Shown: positions 13,825-25,276, numbered from the whole stretch's first letter. The stretch: 63,402 nt of DNA, filler included, from Folioceros fuciformis (GCA_049999805.1; 5 parts of 5 records of this genome joined end to end with filler, not necessarily neighbours in it), one strand, 5' to 3'. A program made the numbers and translations. Notes: generated by a model from the sequence alone, not told the origin.

Positions 13825-14320
13825 GTAACCCTATATACCTCCCTAGTGAACAAATATGTGCAATTGTTTTGTGAATAACCAAGTTCACTGTTTTGTGAAT
13901 AACCTACTCCATACTATATCTTTGAGATTGAGGTTAGAAGTCTATACTTTGACTTAATACTTGAGAAAGAAATAGTAGATTGTTTCTTACTTGACCAAGA
14001 GATGGAAGCACCACTCAATAGTAGAACATAGTTAGATACAAATTTGCGAGTTTCTATATCGCTAGTCTAGTTAGCATCAGCTTATGCTACTAGAATTAAC
14101 TTGGATATGTTGGGTTTGTATTTGTACGTTAATCTAGTGTGCATGGTTACTTTGAAGTATCTGAAAATACGTTTGAATGGTAACCAATCCTCTCTTCCAC
14201 AATTCTACATGAATTGTCAATCTGCAATAACTTCAACAGAAATGTCTGGTCTAGTAAAGTTACTTAAATAAAGTAGAGTGTTAATCGCATGTCTATAAGA
14301 AAGTACTAACATTTCTTGCT

Positions 14321-14420
14321 NNNNNNNNNNNNNNNNNNNNNNNNNNNNNNNNNNNNNNNNNNNNTTAATTAATTAANNNNNNNNNNNNNNNNNNNNNNNN
14401 NNNNNNNNNNNNNNNNNNNN
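14321..14420. other. Artificial scaffold linker
   Basis: N44-TTAATTAATTAA-N44, which places stops in all six frames; identical to three other linkers in the window. Confidence 0.97.
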
Positions 14421-14947
14421 AGGCGAGCACAAGAAGGGGGCCTACTGAAACATGTACAGCATGTTGTAGATATTGTTGGGTGTATCAACAATGAATGTCG
14501 GTCGTAGTGTAGTGGTTGGGGTGTCATGATGTACATACCTGTGGAAGTGCCAGTTCCTCGCACTTGCAGAATCCACAGGCGGTTTGATGAACCAGAGTCA
14601 CGTGGTCGTCTGAATCTTTGAAAACTGGATCCTAGCCGAGGACGTTCTTTATGTCTGAGTCACAGTAGTAACGGGCTTAAACATCAAAGCACGTTGGATG
14701 CTTTTCACCACAAGATGACTACGAGTTGAATTGGAATTTGTCTATGGCTGTATAGGTTCACAGAACATAATTAGCATGAATACAGTGCCTTATGGTGTAA
14801 GAAACTAGTCTACCTCTTTGCTTAAGTCTTGCCCTTGCAGTGGTTTCCAAGCTACTAAATAAAGGTTTGATTTACGAAAGAAAAGCGCGGGTCCAGATGC
14901 GGCACGCACCATTCTGGTTTCAATGGAGGATCAAGGTCTTTCAGCCT

Positions 14948-17410
14948 TCAAAAGGCACTTCCACTCGTGGGACTCTGTGCATCCCCACACACAAAAGTAT
15001 GCACACCCCCATCCATGTCTGCCCACCAGCTCTGGCCCGGTCGCTTCCATGCCCCGATTCTTTTCCTACTCACCTGCATCTGCTGTGCCTCCTCCCACAT
15101 CTGGGCACCAGAGTATATGTTGGACATCGACACATATGCTGAAGCATCTCTTTCGTCTAGCTTCAGTGCCTCTAGAAAAGCATGTCGACCCACTTCCACG
15201 TTGCCCCATTTCTGACAAGCTCCCAGAAGAGTGTGCCAAACTGCATCGTGAGGCTGCACAGGCATGGTCCTAACCAACGCCAGAGCCCCGTCAAGTTGGC
15301 CTGCACGGCCTAGGAGATCCGCCATGCACGAGTAGTGCTCCGTGGTGGGAGCGATGCCATAGTGTCTGCTCATGGACTCAAAGTACTCCCACCCTTGCTT
15401 CACTAGACCTGCATGACTGCATACTTTTAGCACGCTAAGGAACGTGATGCCGTCTGGCAGTATACCATCCTCCGTCATCTTGCAAACCAGGCTGAAGACC
15501 ACGTCACTGTCTCCTTCTTGGGTGTATCCTGCGGTCAGGGCATTCCAGGTGACGATGTTTCGTTCAGGCAGTGCATCAAATACCTGCTGGGCATCAACCA
15601 TGCTCCCGGACTTCGCATACATGTTGATCAAACTATTGGCTACAATCACATCGGCTTGAAGCCCTAGTTGTTCGATCTGCGCATGCACCTGTCTTCCCAC
15701 CTGCAAAGCCGCCACATTTGCACACGCCTGCAGGAGGCACACGAATGTCACAGAAGTAGGTGTAACGATGCCATCTGCAAGCATAGCGTTGTACAGTTGA
15801 AGGGCCCCCTGACCCATGCCCTGCTGGGAGTATGCCGCTATCATGGCATTCCAAGTCACCACATTTTTGTGAGCAAGTTCATCAAAGACACCCCGAGCAT
15901 CCTCCAGGCTGCCACACTTTGCATACATATTTACCAGGCTGCAACCTACAATCACATCTTCCTGGAGTCCTCGTTCTCCCATCTGCGCATGAAGTTCCTT
16001 CCCCTTCTCCAAAGCCGAGGGACCTACACTTGCACATGCCTGCATCAGGCACACGAATGTCACGCAATCGGGGGCAGCCATGCCTTCTTGTTGCATGCAA
16101 CTGTGTAGACCCAGCGCTTCCTGACCCATACCCAGCTGACAGTATCCTGCTATCAGAGCCGTCCACGAAACAACATCTTTTCCACTAAGTCCTGCAAACA
16201 CTCTGTGAGCATCCTCTATGCTGCCACACTTGACATACATGTATATCAAATTGTTGCCTACAGTCACGTGAGCTTCCAGCCCTCGTTCTCTGATCTGAGC
16301 ATGAAGGAGCCTCCCTTTCTCCAAAGCGGGCGTCCCCACACTTGCACATGCTTGCAGGAGACACACAAACGTCACAGAATCGGGTGCAACCAACCCTTCA
16401 TTCTGCATAGCACAATACAGATGAAGGGCCTCCCGACCCATGCCCTGCTGAGAATACCCTTTTATCAGAGAGGTCCATGTCACCACATCCTTTCCATCAA
16501 GCCCGTTGAACACCCTCTGAGCTTGTCCCAAATTGCCACACCTTCCATACATATCCACCAAGCAGTTACAAACAAACAAATCAGGCTTAATGCCACTGGC
16601 CAACACATCAGCATGCACCAGCTGGCCACCTTTCAAGTCTGCTTCCCTAGCACATGCCTGTAGGGCTACCACAAACACATGACCATCTGGCTTCACTCCT
16701 GACTTGCGCATTCGATGGTACAGTTTTATGGCCTGCTTAGCTTGTCCATGTTTGACATACGCTGAAAGTATAGAGGACCACGTAAAGGCATCTGGTTTGG
16801 GCATGACGGAGAACAGATCCACCACTTCCTGCAGTCTGGCATGACAAGAGTACAGTCGCAGAATTTGATTGCACAAGAACGTGTCCGACTCATACCCCTC
16901 CTTGACGGTGAGGGCATGAATCCGGCGACCCAGCACCAGATCCTGTTTATCCACAGTTCTTTTCAGGACAGTGGAAAAGAGAGATGTGGGAACAGGACAG
17001 TCTGCCTGCACCAAAACTCCCAGGGCATCGACAGCCTCGGCGAGCTGTCCTTGCTGACATAGTATCCTCACGGTCTCGGATGTCATACCTCTTTCGTATC
17101 CTGCCTGCCTGTGAGGGACAGGACCATCCGGCAAGTTCCAGGTGCATCTAGTGCCAGGACTGGCCAGCTGCATGCTCAGAACCTCCACCCAAGAACGAGA
17201 ACTCCCCTTCTGTTGCCTGTTATCCTGTCTCCACACAACATGCGCTCTTGTTCCGCTGCAGCTTCCTGCGTGAGCGTTTGAGGCCAGGTGAGTGCAAGTT
17301 CGTTCTAGAGTGTGTGCCAATCCACCAGATGATGGAATGGCTAAGGGGCCATGTTGGACCCTGCGTGAATCTCTTTTTTGTCGAGGCGCGAGAGTGTGGT
17401 GCGTGAGCAC
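14948..17410 (-). CDS. PLS-class PPR protein with E domains and PG box (PGQSWW), no DYW deaminase; start uncertain (first in-frame ATG at 17173)
   Basis: Intronless ORF with repeated S-P-L triplets (NSLINMYAKSGSMVDAQQVFD, VVTWTSLIKGY, VTFVCLLQAC), EHYSCMADLLGRAG, VWHTLLGAC and WKRPGQSWW. Confidence 0.93.
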   Translation of the reverse strand: MLTHHTLAPRQKRDSRRVQHGPLAIPSSGGLAHTLERTCTHLASNAHAGSCSGTRAHVVWRQDNRQQKGSSRSWVEVLSMQLASPGTRCTWNLPDGPVPHRQAGYERGMTSETVRILCQQGQLAEAVDALGVLVQADCPVPTSLFSTVLKRTVDKQDLVLGRRIHALTVKEGYESDTFLCNQILRLYSCHARLQEVVDLFSVMPKPDAFTWSSILSAYVKHGQAKQAIKLYHRMRKSGVKPDGHVFVVALQACAREADLKGGQLVHADVLASGIKPDLFVCNCLVDMYGRCGNLGQAQRVFNGLDGKDVVTWTSLIKGYSQQGMGREALHLYCAMQNEGLVAPDSVTFVCLLQACASVGTPALEKGRLLHAQIRERGLEAHVTVGNNLIYMYVKCGSIEDAHRVFAGLSGKDVVSWTALIAGYCQLGMGQEALGLHSCMQQEGMAAPDCVTFVCLMQACASVGPSALEKGKELHAQMGERGLQEDVIVGCSLVNMYAKCGSLEDARGVFDELAHKNVVTWNAMIAAYSQQGMGQGALQLYNAMLADGIVTPTSVTFVCLLQACANVAALQVGRQVHAQIEQLGLQADVIVANSLINMYAKSGSMVDAQQVFDALPERNIVTWNALTAGYTQEGDSDVVFSLVCKMTEDGILPDGITFLSVLKVCSHAGLVKQGWEYFESMSRHYGIAPTTEHYSCMADLLGRAGQLDGALALVRTMPVQPHDAVWHTLLGACQKWGNVEVGRHAFLEALKLDERDASAYVSMSNIYSGAQMWEEAQQMQVSRKRIGAWKRPGQSWWADMDGGVHTFVCGDAQSPTSGSAF

Positions 17411-17536
17411 TAGACCACTCCACCAGCTAAAGAGTGAGCAGACCAGTACGCCGTTGGAAGCTAAGGTCCATGAGTATCTGGTGTTGGGTTTGCGAAGGAA
17501 GGGGCTTTCGGGGCTCGGTTTCTGCTCCCGCCAATC

Positions 17537-20254
17537 ATGGTTTACGGGAGCGTTGCACTTGAGTCATGGAGAGGGCGTCAGGAGCACTTGACTATCCAAG
17601 GATTTCCTGGGTTAGCAGTTCTCGTAGGACGACCTTGTTGCATCAGCCTTGCAAGGAAGGCAGTTCCTCCCGGAGAATGTCTCGCTGTCAGTGATTCTGA
17701 CCCTGGCAGGCCGGCAGGACACGAATGGGGCGTGACTGCTGAGACAGTGTGCAACCTTTGTCAGCAGGGGCAACTCACGGATGCCGTGGAGGCTCTAGAT
17801 GTTCTGGCGCACACAGAAATCTGTGTTTCCCAGTCTCTCTTTTATGCTGTTCTGAAAGCTTGTGTGGTTAAAAAGGATCTTGTTCTGGGTCGCCGTGTTC
17901 ATGCTCTCACCGTGAAAACGGGGTATGAGTCAGACACGTTCCTGTGCAACCACATCCTGCGAATGTATTCTTCTCATGGGCGCTTGCAGGAAGCGATGGA
18001 TGTGTTCACCAAGGTTGTCAAACCAGATGCCTTTATGTGGTCTTCAATTATTTCTGCCCATGTTAGGCAAGGAGAACCTAAGCAGGCAGTAGAACTGTAT
18101 CATCAGATGGTCAGGTCAGGCGTGAAGCCAGATTGCCATGTGTTTGTAGCTGCTCTCCAGGCTTGCGCAAAGGGAGCAGACTTGGAAAGTGGGCAGCAGG
18201 TGCATGCTGATGTACTGACCAGTAAGATCGAGCCTGATTTGTTTGTTTGCAATAGCTTGGTGGACATGTATGCAAAGTGTGGTAGCATGAAAGAAGCTCG
18301 AAAACTGTTCGACGGACTTCGTCACAAAGATGTCGTGACGTGGAATGCTCTGATTACAGGGTATGCCCAGCAGGGCATGAGTCATGACGCCCTTGATCTG
18401 TACAGTGCTATGTCCAAAGAAGGCAACACCCCACCCAATTCTGTGACATTCGTGTGCCTCCTGCAAGCATGTGCAAGTCTGGGTACATCTGCTTTGGAGA
18501 AGGGGAAGCAGCTTCATGCACAGATTGAAGCACAAGGACGTGAAGTTAATGTGATTGTTGGCAACAACTTGATAAACATGTACACTAAGTGTGGCAGCCT
18601 ACAGGACGCTTGGAGCGTGTTCCAATCACTCCGACAGAAAGACCTGGTCACCTGGACTGCTCTGATCGCTGGATATTCCCGGCAGGGCATGGGTCGTGAA
18701 GCTCTCCATCTGTACAGTGCCATGCAGCAGCAAGGAATTGCTGCACCAGATGCTGTGACATTTGTGTGCCTCCTGCAGGCATGTGCAAGTGTGGGTGTCT
18801 TTGCATTGGAGGCGGGGAAGCAGCTCCATGCGCAGATTCGAGAAGTAGGCCTGGAAGCCGACGTGACGGTGTGTAACAATTTAATAAACATGTACGCAAA
18901 GTGTGGCAGCCTGCACCATGCTCAGAATGTGTTTGACGGTCTGAGTGAAAAAGATGTGGTCTCATGGACTGCTCTAATTGCGGGATATTCCCAGGAGGGC
19001 ATGAATCAGGAAGCCCTTCATCTTTACAGTGCTATGCAAGAAGAAGGCGTCGCTGCACCCAATTCGGTGACATTCATTTGTCTACTGCAGGCATGTGCAA
19101 TTGTGGGCCCCCCAGCTTTGGAGTCAGGGAAACAGTTGCATGCACAGATTAGAGAACGAGCACTTCATGGCGACGATGTCATGGCTTCCAGCCTTGTAAA
19201 GATGTATGCAAGGTGTGGCAGTTTACAGGATGCTCAGAACGTGTTCGACGGAATTCAAGAAAGAGATGTCACTGTGTGGAATGCCATGATTGCCGGATAT
19301 TCCCAACAGGGCATGGACCAGGAAGCCCTTTGCCTCTTCAGGGCCATGGAACAACAAGGCGTTACTGCGCCCAATGCTGTAACATTTACTTGCCTCCTGC
19401 AAGCATGTGCGAGTGTGGCAGCTTTGCACGACGGGCGACAGCTTCATGCCCATATCAAAGAGCTGGGGCTTGAAGCTAATGTGGTCGTAGCCACCAGTTT
19501 GATGAACATGTACTCAAAGTCGGGGAGCATGGGTGATGCACAGCAGGTGTTTGATTCCTTGCCAGAACGAGACGAGGTTGCCTGGAATGCATTGATTGCA
19601 GGATATGCAAGACAAGGAGACTGTGACGTGGTCTTGAACTTGGTTCAGGGAATGACACAGGAAGGCTGGCATCCAAACGCCGTCACATTTCTCAGTGTAT
19701 TGGCAGTATGCAGTCACGCAGGTCTGGTAAGCAAAGGGCAAGAATACTTCAAGGCTATGACCAGAGACTATGGCATCACTCCCACAGCAGAGCACTACTC
19801 GTGCATGGTAGATCTCCTGGGTCGGGCCGGCCAACTTGACGACGCACTGGTTTTGGTAAGGGCGATGCCTGTACAGCCTCATGAAGCAGTGTGGCACGCT
19901 CTGTTGGGGGCTTGTCAAAAGTGGAGCAACGTGGTGGTGGGACGGTATGCCTTTGATGAAGCTGTGAAGCTGGATGAGAAAGATCCGTCAGCCTATGTAT
20001 CGATGTTGAATATATATACCGATGCTCATATGTGGGAGGAGGCAGAGGAGATGCAGCTGAGGAGAACTTCCATCGGGGCATGGAAGCAGCCGGGCCAGAG
20101 CTGGTGGACAGACATGGATGGAGTGGTGCATACATTTTTGGTAGGGGACACAAAGCATATCAAGAGCGAAGAAATGTACGGGAGGTTGCAAGAGCTCCTT
20201 CCCAAGATGAAGACGGAAGGTTACCATAGGCATGTCTGGTCCAGCTGCGAGTAG
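17537..20254 (+). CDS. PLS-class PPR protein (E+ type, PGQSWW), no catalytic DYW core; paralog of the adjacent gene
   Basis: 905-aa intronless ORF with one more PLS triplet than its neighbour. Ends WKQPGQSWWTDMDGVVHTFLVGD...KMKTEGY before any HxE/CxxC motif. Confidence 0.94.
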   Translation: MVYGSVALESWRGRQEHLTIQGFPGLAVLVGRPCCISLARKAVPPGECLAVSDSDPGRPAGHEWGVTAETVCNLCQQGQLTDAVEALDVLAHTEICVSQSLFYAVLKACVVKKDLVLGRRVHALTVKTGYESDTFLCNHILRMYSSHGRLQEAMDVFTKVVKPDAFMWSSIISAHVRQGEPKQAVELYHQMVRSGVKPDCHVFVAALQACAKGADLESGQQVHADVLTSKIEPDLFVCNSLVDMYAKCGSMKEARKLFDGLRHKDVVTWNALITGYAQQGMSHDALDLYSAMSKEGNTPPNSVTFVCLLQACASLGTSALEKGKQLHAQIEAQGREVNVIVGNNLINMYTKCGSLQDAWSVFQSLRQKDLVTWTALIAGYSRQGMGREALHLYSAMQQQGIAAPDAVTFVCLLQACASVGVFALEAGKQLHAQIREVGLEADVTVCNNLINMYAKCGSLHHAQNVFDGLSEKDVVSWTALIAGYSQEGMNQEALHLYSAMQEEGVAAPNSVTFICLLQACAIVGPPALESGKQLHAQIRERALHGDDVMASSLVKMYARCGSLQDAQNVFDGIQERDVTVWNAMIAGYSQQGMDQEALCLFRAMEQQGVTAPNAVTFTCLLQACASVAALHDGRQLHAHIKELGLEANVVVATSLMNMYSKSGSMGDAQQVFDSLPERDEVAWNALIAGYARQGDCDVVLNLVQGMTQEGWHPNAVTFLSVLAVCSHAGLVSKGQEYFKAMTRDYGITPTAEHYSCMVDLLGRAGQLDDALVLVRAMPVQPHEAVWHALLGACQKWSNVVVGRYAFDEAVKLDEKDPSAYVSMLNIYTDAHMWEEAEEMQLRRTSIGAWKQPGQSWWTDMDGVVHTFLVGDTKHIKSEEMYGRLQELLPKMKTEGYHRHVWSSCE

Positions 20255-20353
20255 CCGAATCTCTTCCACCAAAGCACACGGTATGGACTCGCTATGAGCA
20301 TCCTCAACTGGCTCTGCCACTTCTATCCTCTCTCGAGGTTAATGCTCGCAGTC

Positions 20354-20870
20354 TTACTCCTCACCTCTCCTCCATCGAGGCGGCACACGATACATGACAA
20401 AGGCATCACTTAAAAACTGGATCCAGGTCGCCCTCTGGCTGACACGCATTTTCTTCACCCGATCTTGATTATGCTGAGAGCAAACGAGCCTCAAATCTTC
20501 TAAACCATGAACACCTCTCAGCAATCTTCTACCTTGACGATGCACACCACACGATCATCGAGACGCCTCCTGCACCCAGGATACAGACCTTCAAGTGAAC
20601 CCCGGTGCAAATTCCACTACTACAATCCGCTTGCCAGGTACATCACCTGGTCTTGTTGTCTGAACCACCGTAACAAGCAACCGGCATGCGGCCAAGGCAA
20701 CTCTCCAGCCTCAGCGTCACTCCTCTAGATGAACTGTGGTCTTTCTTTCGGCCTGCCTCACCTCTGCCAGTGAAGATCTCGGGACGCGAGAACATGCCGA
20801 CATTTAGCTCAGCGATAGCTTGCGACAAGCGCGCCCGGTCGCAAAACCTCGTGGCATGCCAGGGTAACTG
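20354..20870 (-). CDS. Possible small spliced gene or gene relic of unknown function
   Basis: Two canonical GT-AG introns (20570-20646, 77 nt; 20474-20532, 59 nt) join three segments in frame: ...MFSRPEIFTGR...DNKTR|RRLDDRVVCIVK|HNQDRVKKMRVSQRATWIQFLSDAFVMYRVPP. Confidence 0.35.
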
Positions 20871-21179
20871 TTAAAGTGACCAGCCAGAGAGCAGAAGACT
20901 AGTTAAACCAACGGTGGAAGGGCTACGACTTGGAGGTCCTATGCAACACGTTGAGCTTGTGTGTGCAAGGGAGTTGGCATTCCGTCGTTGCAGCATAGAT
21001 CTGGTGACTTGAAGGAGCGATTTGCCACGGCAGCATCTTGTACTATGGGACGGTTCTCAGCAGGGTAGTACGGGCTCAGGGCGGGCAAAGGTTGGACGAC
21101 GGCTGGCGGGGAGCGAGCCGGTGTTGGCGATCGGGCAGGGTTTAGTAGGCGCGCTGTCAGTCGTCCCAGCTTGCCTAGG

Positions 21180-22186
21180 ATGGCAGCATTTACAGGAAGG
21201 GATCTTTCCACCATGGGCGGGATTGCCACGGTCTCAGTGCTGCACTCCTTCATCCCTACCCACTGGCTACCATTTTCCATCGTTGGACGTGCACAGAAGT
21301 GGTCGATTTCGCAAACTCTGCTCGTCAGTAAGTGTCTAGCTTCTGTGCAAGGGATGGTGATGCTAGGGCTGCTGTGCCTTGGGATGCAGAAGGCTGTTTT
21401 GCTGCCCGTGTTACTCGTGTGTGTGGCAATTGATGCCGTCATTTTGCTTGTGCGGCTGAGAGTCGCTGAGCGCCTGGATGCAGTTTGCTTTGGAGCGGTG
21501 TGTCGTGGGTTTGTAGGTTACTGAGGGGTTAATAGTGTGATATCTTCATCGTTCTTTCTTGCTTCTGACAAGTTTTGGTTTTATCCCTCACCTCAGCTGC
21601 CTCCGGAGCGGTGTGCCATGTTCTGTCGACATCTTTGCTTGGTCTGACAGCAATTACCATGGCCAATACTATTGCTGGTGAAGAAAAGGTTCATGCACTT
21701 GCCTCTGGTCTTCTCGTATTACTGGGAGCCAGCTACATCTTGCTCTTCCTCTTCGGAAAAGGAGGGCATGGTCATGCCCACAATCACTCTATGGAGAAAA
21801 TGGCCGTGGCCGGACTTATTCTCGTACCAACACTGTCCCCGTGTGCCACAACTTTGCCTGTGTTTCTGGCTGTTGGCAATGCATCACGTGGAGTGCTTCT
21901 TCTAGCAATGGGGGTACTCCTGATCAGCACCCTTTCAGTGATGCTCACATTGGTTGCCCTATCCTTTTATGGAGCAGCTCAGTTGAAATTTCATTGGATC
22001 GAGAGGTATGACAAGGTTCTCGTGGGAAGTGTGCTTGTGCTGGTCGGGGTACTCACATTCTTGTTCCACGACCATGACCATGACCATGAAGGGGAGGTCG
22101 GTAGTCACGCCCATGCTCACGAAGCTGCCGAGGCTGCCGAGGCTGCTGTGGACCTGGTGCAGCGCAAACTGCTTGGATTTATTTAA
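21180..22186 (+). CDS. Conserved plant His-rich multi-pass membrane protein (Ni/Co transporter/UreH-like); 2 exons, intron 21328-21596
   Basis: MAAFTGRDLSTMGGIATVSVLHSFIPTHWLPFSIVGRAQKW, then GHGHAHNH loop, LSPCATTLPVFL and HDHDHDHE tail. Phase-1 GTAAGT...CTCAG intron. Confidence 0.85.
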
Positions 22187-24135
22187 AACTTTTTTAGGGG
22201 CAGCCCAACTTTCGGCCACCTATGCTCTTGTGCGCCGGTGCCATCCTGATTTTGCTTTCGAGCAAGGGGCTCATCAGTGGCAACGTCCCCCCCCCCCGCC
22301 TCATACATAAGTGTTCTTCCACGACTCGCGGCAGCGTACATTCTGTATGCAGGTGCCTTCATGTGCGGATCTCCGGGAACGTTACTGTCCTTCGACTCTT
22401 GTCCATCGAGCCTTTCCCTCGATCCCGACTTCATTGAACTCCGGAACTCTTGCCATCTGTGCTGCAGCCAGCCCATGTGTGAGAACTGGAAAGTGGCATA
22501 TGTATCGGCTGGACCAGTTCGTCTCTTGCAATACATCACTCAGACGAGCTCGTCTCCGGAATATATGTACACATGTATCAAGCCCTGTCATTTCAGAGTG
22601 ATGTCCGAGGTTTATGTATGCATGAGATCTGAGCAACTTTGAAGTGCGCGATTTAATAGACACAAAACTTGACTAATGTTACCAGCAGGAATAATTGGTG
22701 TAGATGTGCTGTCTTGTTCTGGCCACACGTGATTCTAACACACTTTTGCCTAACGATAGTGGGCTTACAAAGTGAATCAGTTCCTGCTTTATTGCAGGGC
22801 ACTTCATTTCCGTCGTCTCGCGAAGATCGAGGCAAGATCCGAAGCTGACCAACTCAACTGGCACCCAGAAGCCAAGTCAGTGACGTAGTCAACCTTTCAT
22901 CCCACGGAAAACCAGGGAGGCTACAGGGTACAACATACACATGTGCGTATCATACAATATATTTTTCTCCTTGGAGACTTTCCACAGGTACCCCAATTGG
23001 TCCACGGTAGTACACTGCGTTCGGTGTGTTCCAGTGTCTTCCTGTTTCCCTTCGACACCACACAATCCAAAGGCTGCCACATTCCTCATACTGTAATGTG
23101 AAACCATTCGCGGGAATATATGATCCTTCTAATCCGCATGTCAGTTGTGATGTCACTCATCTCTCATTGTGCTACACGCGAGGCTCTTGTCGTGCCCGAA
23201 TCCATAATGCACCTATCATTACTGACGAAAGATGCCCACCCCGCAGAAACGGAACGGGATGGAGCGGAGGCTTCCTTCCCGCACAAGAATTCGTGCACAT
23301 ACAGTAGTTTCTCAGCACATTCACTTGGAGTTTGTCCACATTTTTGTATGGGAGTGCTTGCGTTCATCCGCACAACATTGATGGAGTACCTTGGAGCATC
23401 CGAGCTACATTGATGGCGTGCCTTGGAGAAGGCAGTTTTTCCAGAAAATGTCAGGTGCGCTCCACCACAGGCAAAGGTACATGTACTGGAGGATCTGACT
23501 TGTTCTCCCTTCCAGCATGGCTCTTTTCGTCACCTTTGTCATGTCAGCGACGTAGGCGATACACCACACCCCCATGTTGGCCCAGAGTCCCCCACGCGTA
23601 GGGAAAGCACGTGGAATGGGCATCGAAATCTGAGCCACAGAAGCGTCCAGGACGTGCTGTCGGCCAGTGCGCATCTCCTGGTCCTGCTCGCCGTGACCCC
23701 CTGAGCTGGAATCCTAAACTACCCGTGACTTCGGTCCGTCATTCCTCCAGCTAGTAGCATGTAGAGTTTCCTTTCCTCTGTCGGCATGGTCAGCAGACAG
23801 CCATGCACGTAACAGCTGCTAGCCGCTAACGGACTGCCTCGTGTCGTTTTGCAGGAAGTGGGGAGATCCTTGCCCGGTCACCCAGCCCACACATAGAAGA
23901 CGAGAGTTCTCCATATTAGGAATTCTCTGAAGTCACGCGTTCAGTCCAGTACTGAATTGTGAGTTCACCCCCAAACTGAAGCTTCTCGAAAAAAGGAGGT
24001 GTTCAAAACTCATGAAAGTTGTGCCATATAGGGACNNNNNNNNNNNNNNNNNNNNNNNNNNNNNNNNNNNNNNNNNNNNNNNNNNNNNNNNNNNNNNNNN
24101 NNNNNNNNNNNNNNNNNNNNNNNNNNNNNNNNNNN

Positions 24136-24226
24136 GCACTATGGGTAATACCCTGCTCAAATGGCTTGCTCGGTCAAAGGTATGCAACATGGCACTATGG
24201 CTAATACCCTGCTCAAATGACTTGCT
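24136..24226. repeat. 35-bp imperfect direct repeat (period 56) beside an N gap
   Basis: GCACTATGG(G/C)TAATACCCTGCTCAAATG(G/A)CTTGCT occurs twice. Confidence 0.75.
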
Positions 24227-24492
24227 AGAAAAGGAGGAGCATTGAAAAGCAACTGTGAAGTTCATTCAAAAGCAACCGTGAAGTTTCCTCCGAGCTGCTG
24301 ATGATAGAATTGCAGAGTTTTTGCTGTTGTTTTTTCTGCGACTGTTGCGCACACTTGCCCTGCGGCCGGCGAGGGGGAGCAGGTCATCGGCAGGATTGCT
24401 GGCTTTCTCCTGGCCGCTGCAAGGGCATCCCCGGATCCGTGGAGCAGGGGGCGGGGGAGAGGCTCTGCTATCGCAGGTGCTGGCGCTGCGGC

Positions 24493-24500
24493 TATAAATA
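24493..24500 (+). promoter_or_regulatory. Candidate TATA box of the ABCC gene
   Basis: TATAAATA embedded in GC-rich sequence about 780 bp upstream of the inferred ATG. Confidence 0.45.
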
Positions 24501-25276
24501 GTGATTACCACGAGGTGGTGCTCTAGGCAGGCCTGATCGCTTTGCTGCAGCAGCGGGCTGCACCCGCGTCGCTGCGGTGCCCTCACTCTCCGACCCTTTC
24601 CTGTTACATGCATACCCTGTTCCGAGACATGTGGTTCAGGGCTCGGGGACTGGGGTGATCCCGCTGCCAGTTTTATGACCCCGGCTCCGCCCGGCCCGGC
24701 GTCCACCACCTCCTTCATCCCGGTGCTCGCACTGGGATCGAATCTGAGCTTCGATGATTCTCGCATTGATCATCTGTACATCTGTGGGCTGTGGAGCAGA
24801 CTGCCTACTCACCCATGTCGTAGCAGTATCTCCCGTGGCTGCTGCCCGAGTCAGGTTCGGCGGAGCCCGCCGGGAAGAAGTAGCTCCGCTTGAGGACACG
24901 GAATCCGCTGCTCGGATTTGAGGTGAGATTGCGAGAGACGTTGCAGCCGGCCGGGCACGGACGATCATTTCTTCGCTCCTTCTGTCATGCGTCCGAATCT
25001 AGAGCAGGATTTGCTGGGCAGGGATAGAGCTTGTTTCCTTTCGCTTCCTGAAAGATCAACCAGTCTAGTTGCAGAATTGCGGGAGAGGGAGTCTGAGTGT
25101 GTGTCAGGAACGACAGTATTGTCGGTTGTGGGTTGTGGCGGGTTTCTGTGCTCTGAAGCTCCAGTGCCTTGTGCTGTGCTGCTTGCTGTATGTGGCAGCT
25201 GAGAGGTTCGGGCCGCGCAGCCAGATGGTGCCAGTGCGGATTCCGGGTTGATTGAGATCTGCAAGCGCTATTCGCA

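Noticed and set aside
14365-14376. TTAATTAATTAA repeated four times between N runs
   Set aside because: Artificial six-frame-stop linker, not biological.
22380-23930. Many 60-120 aa ORFs and scattered splice-like signals
   Set aside because: No consistent spliced frame or recognisable motif could be built.
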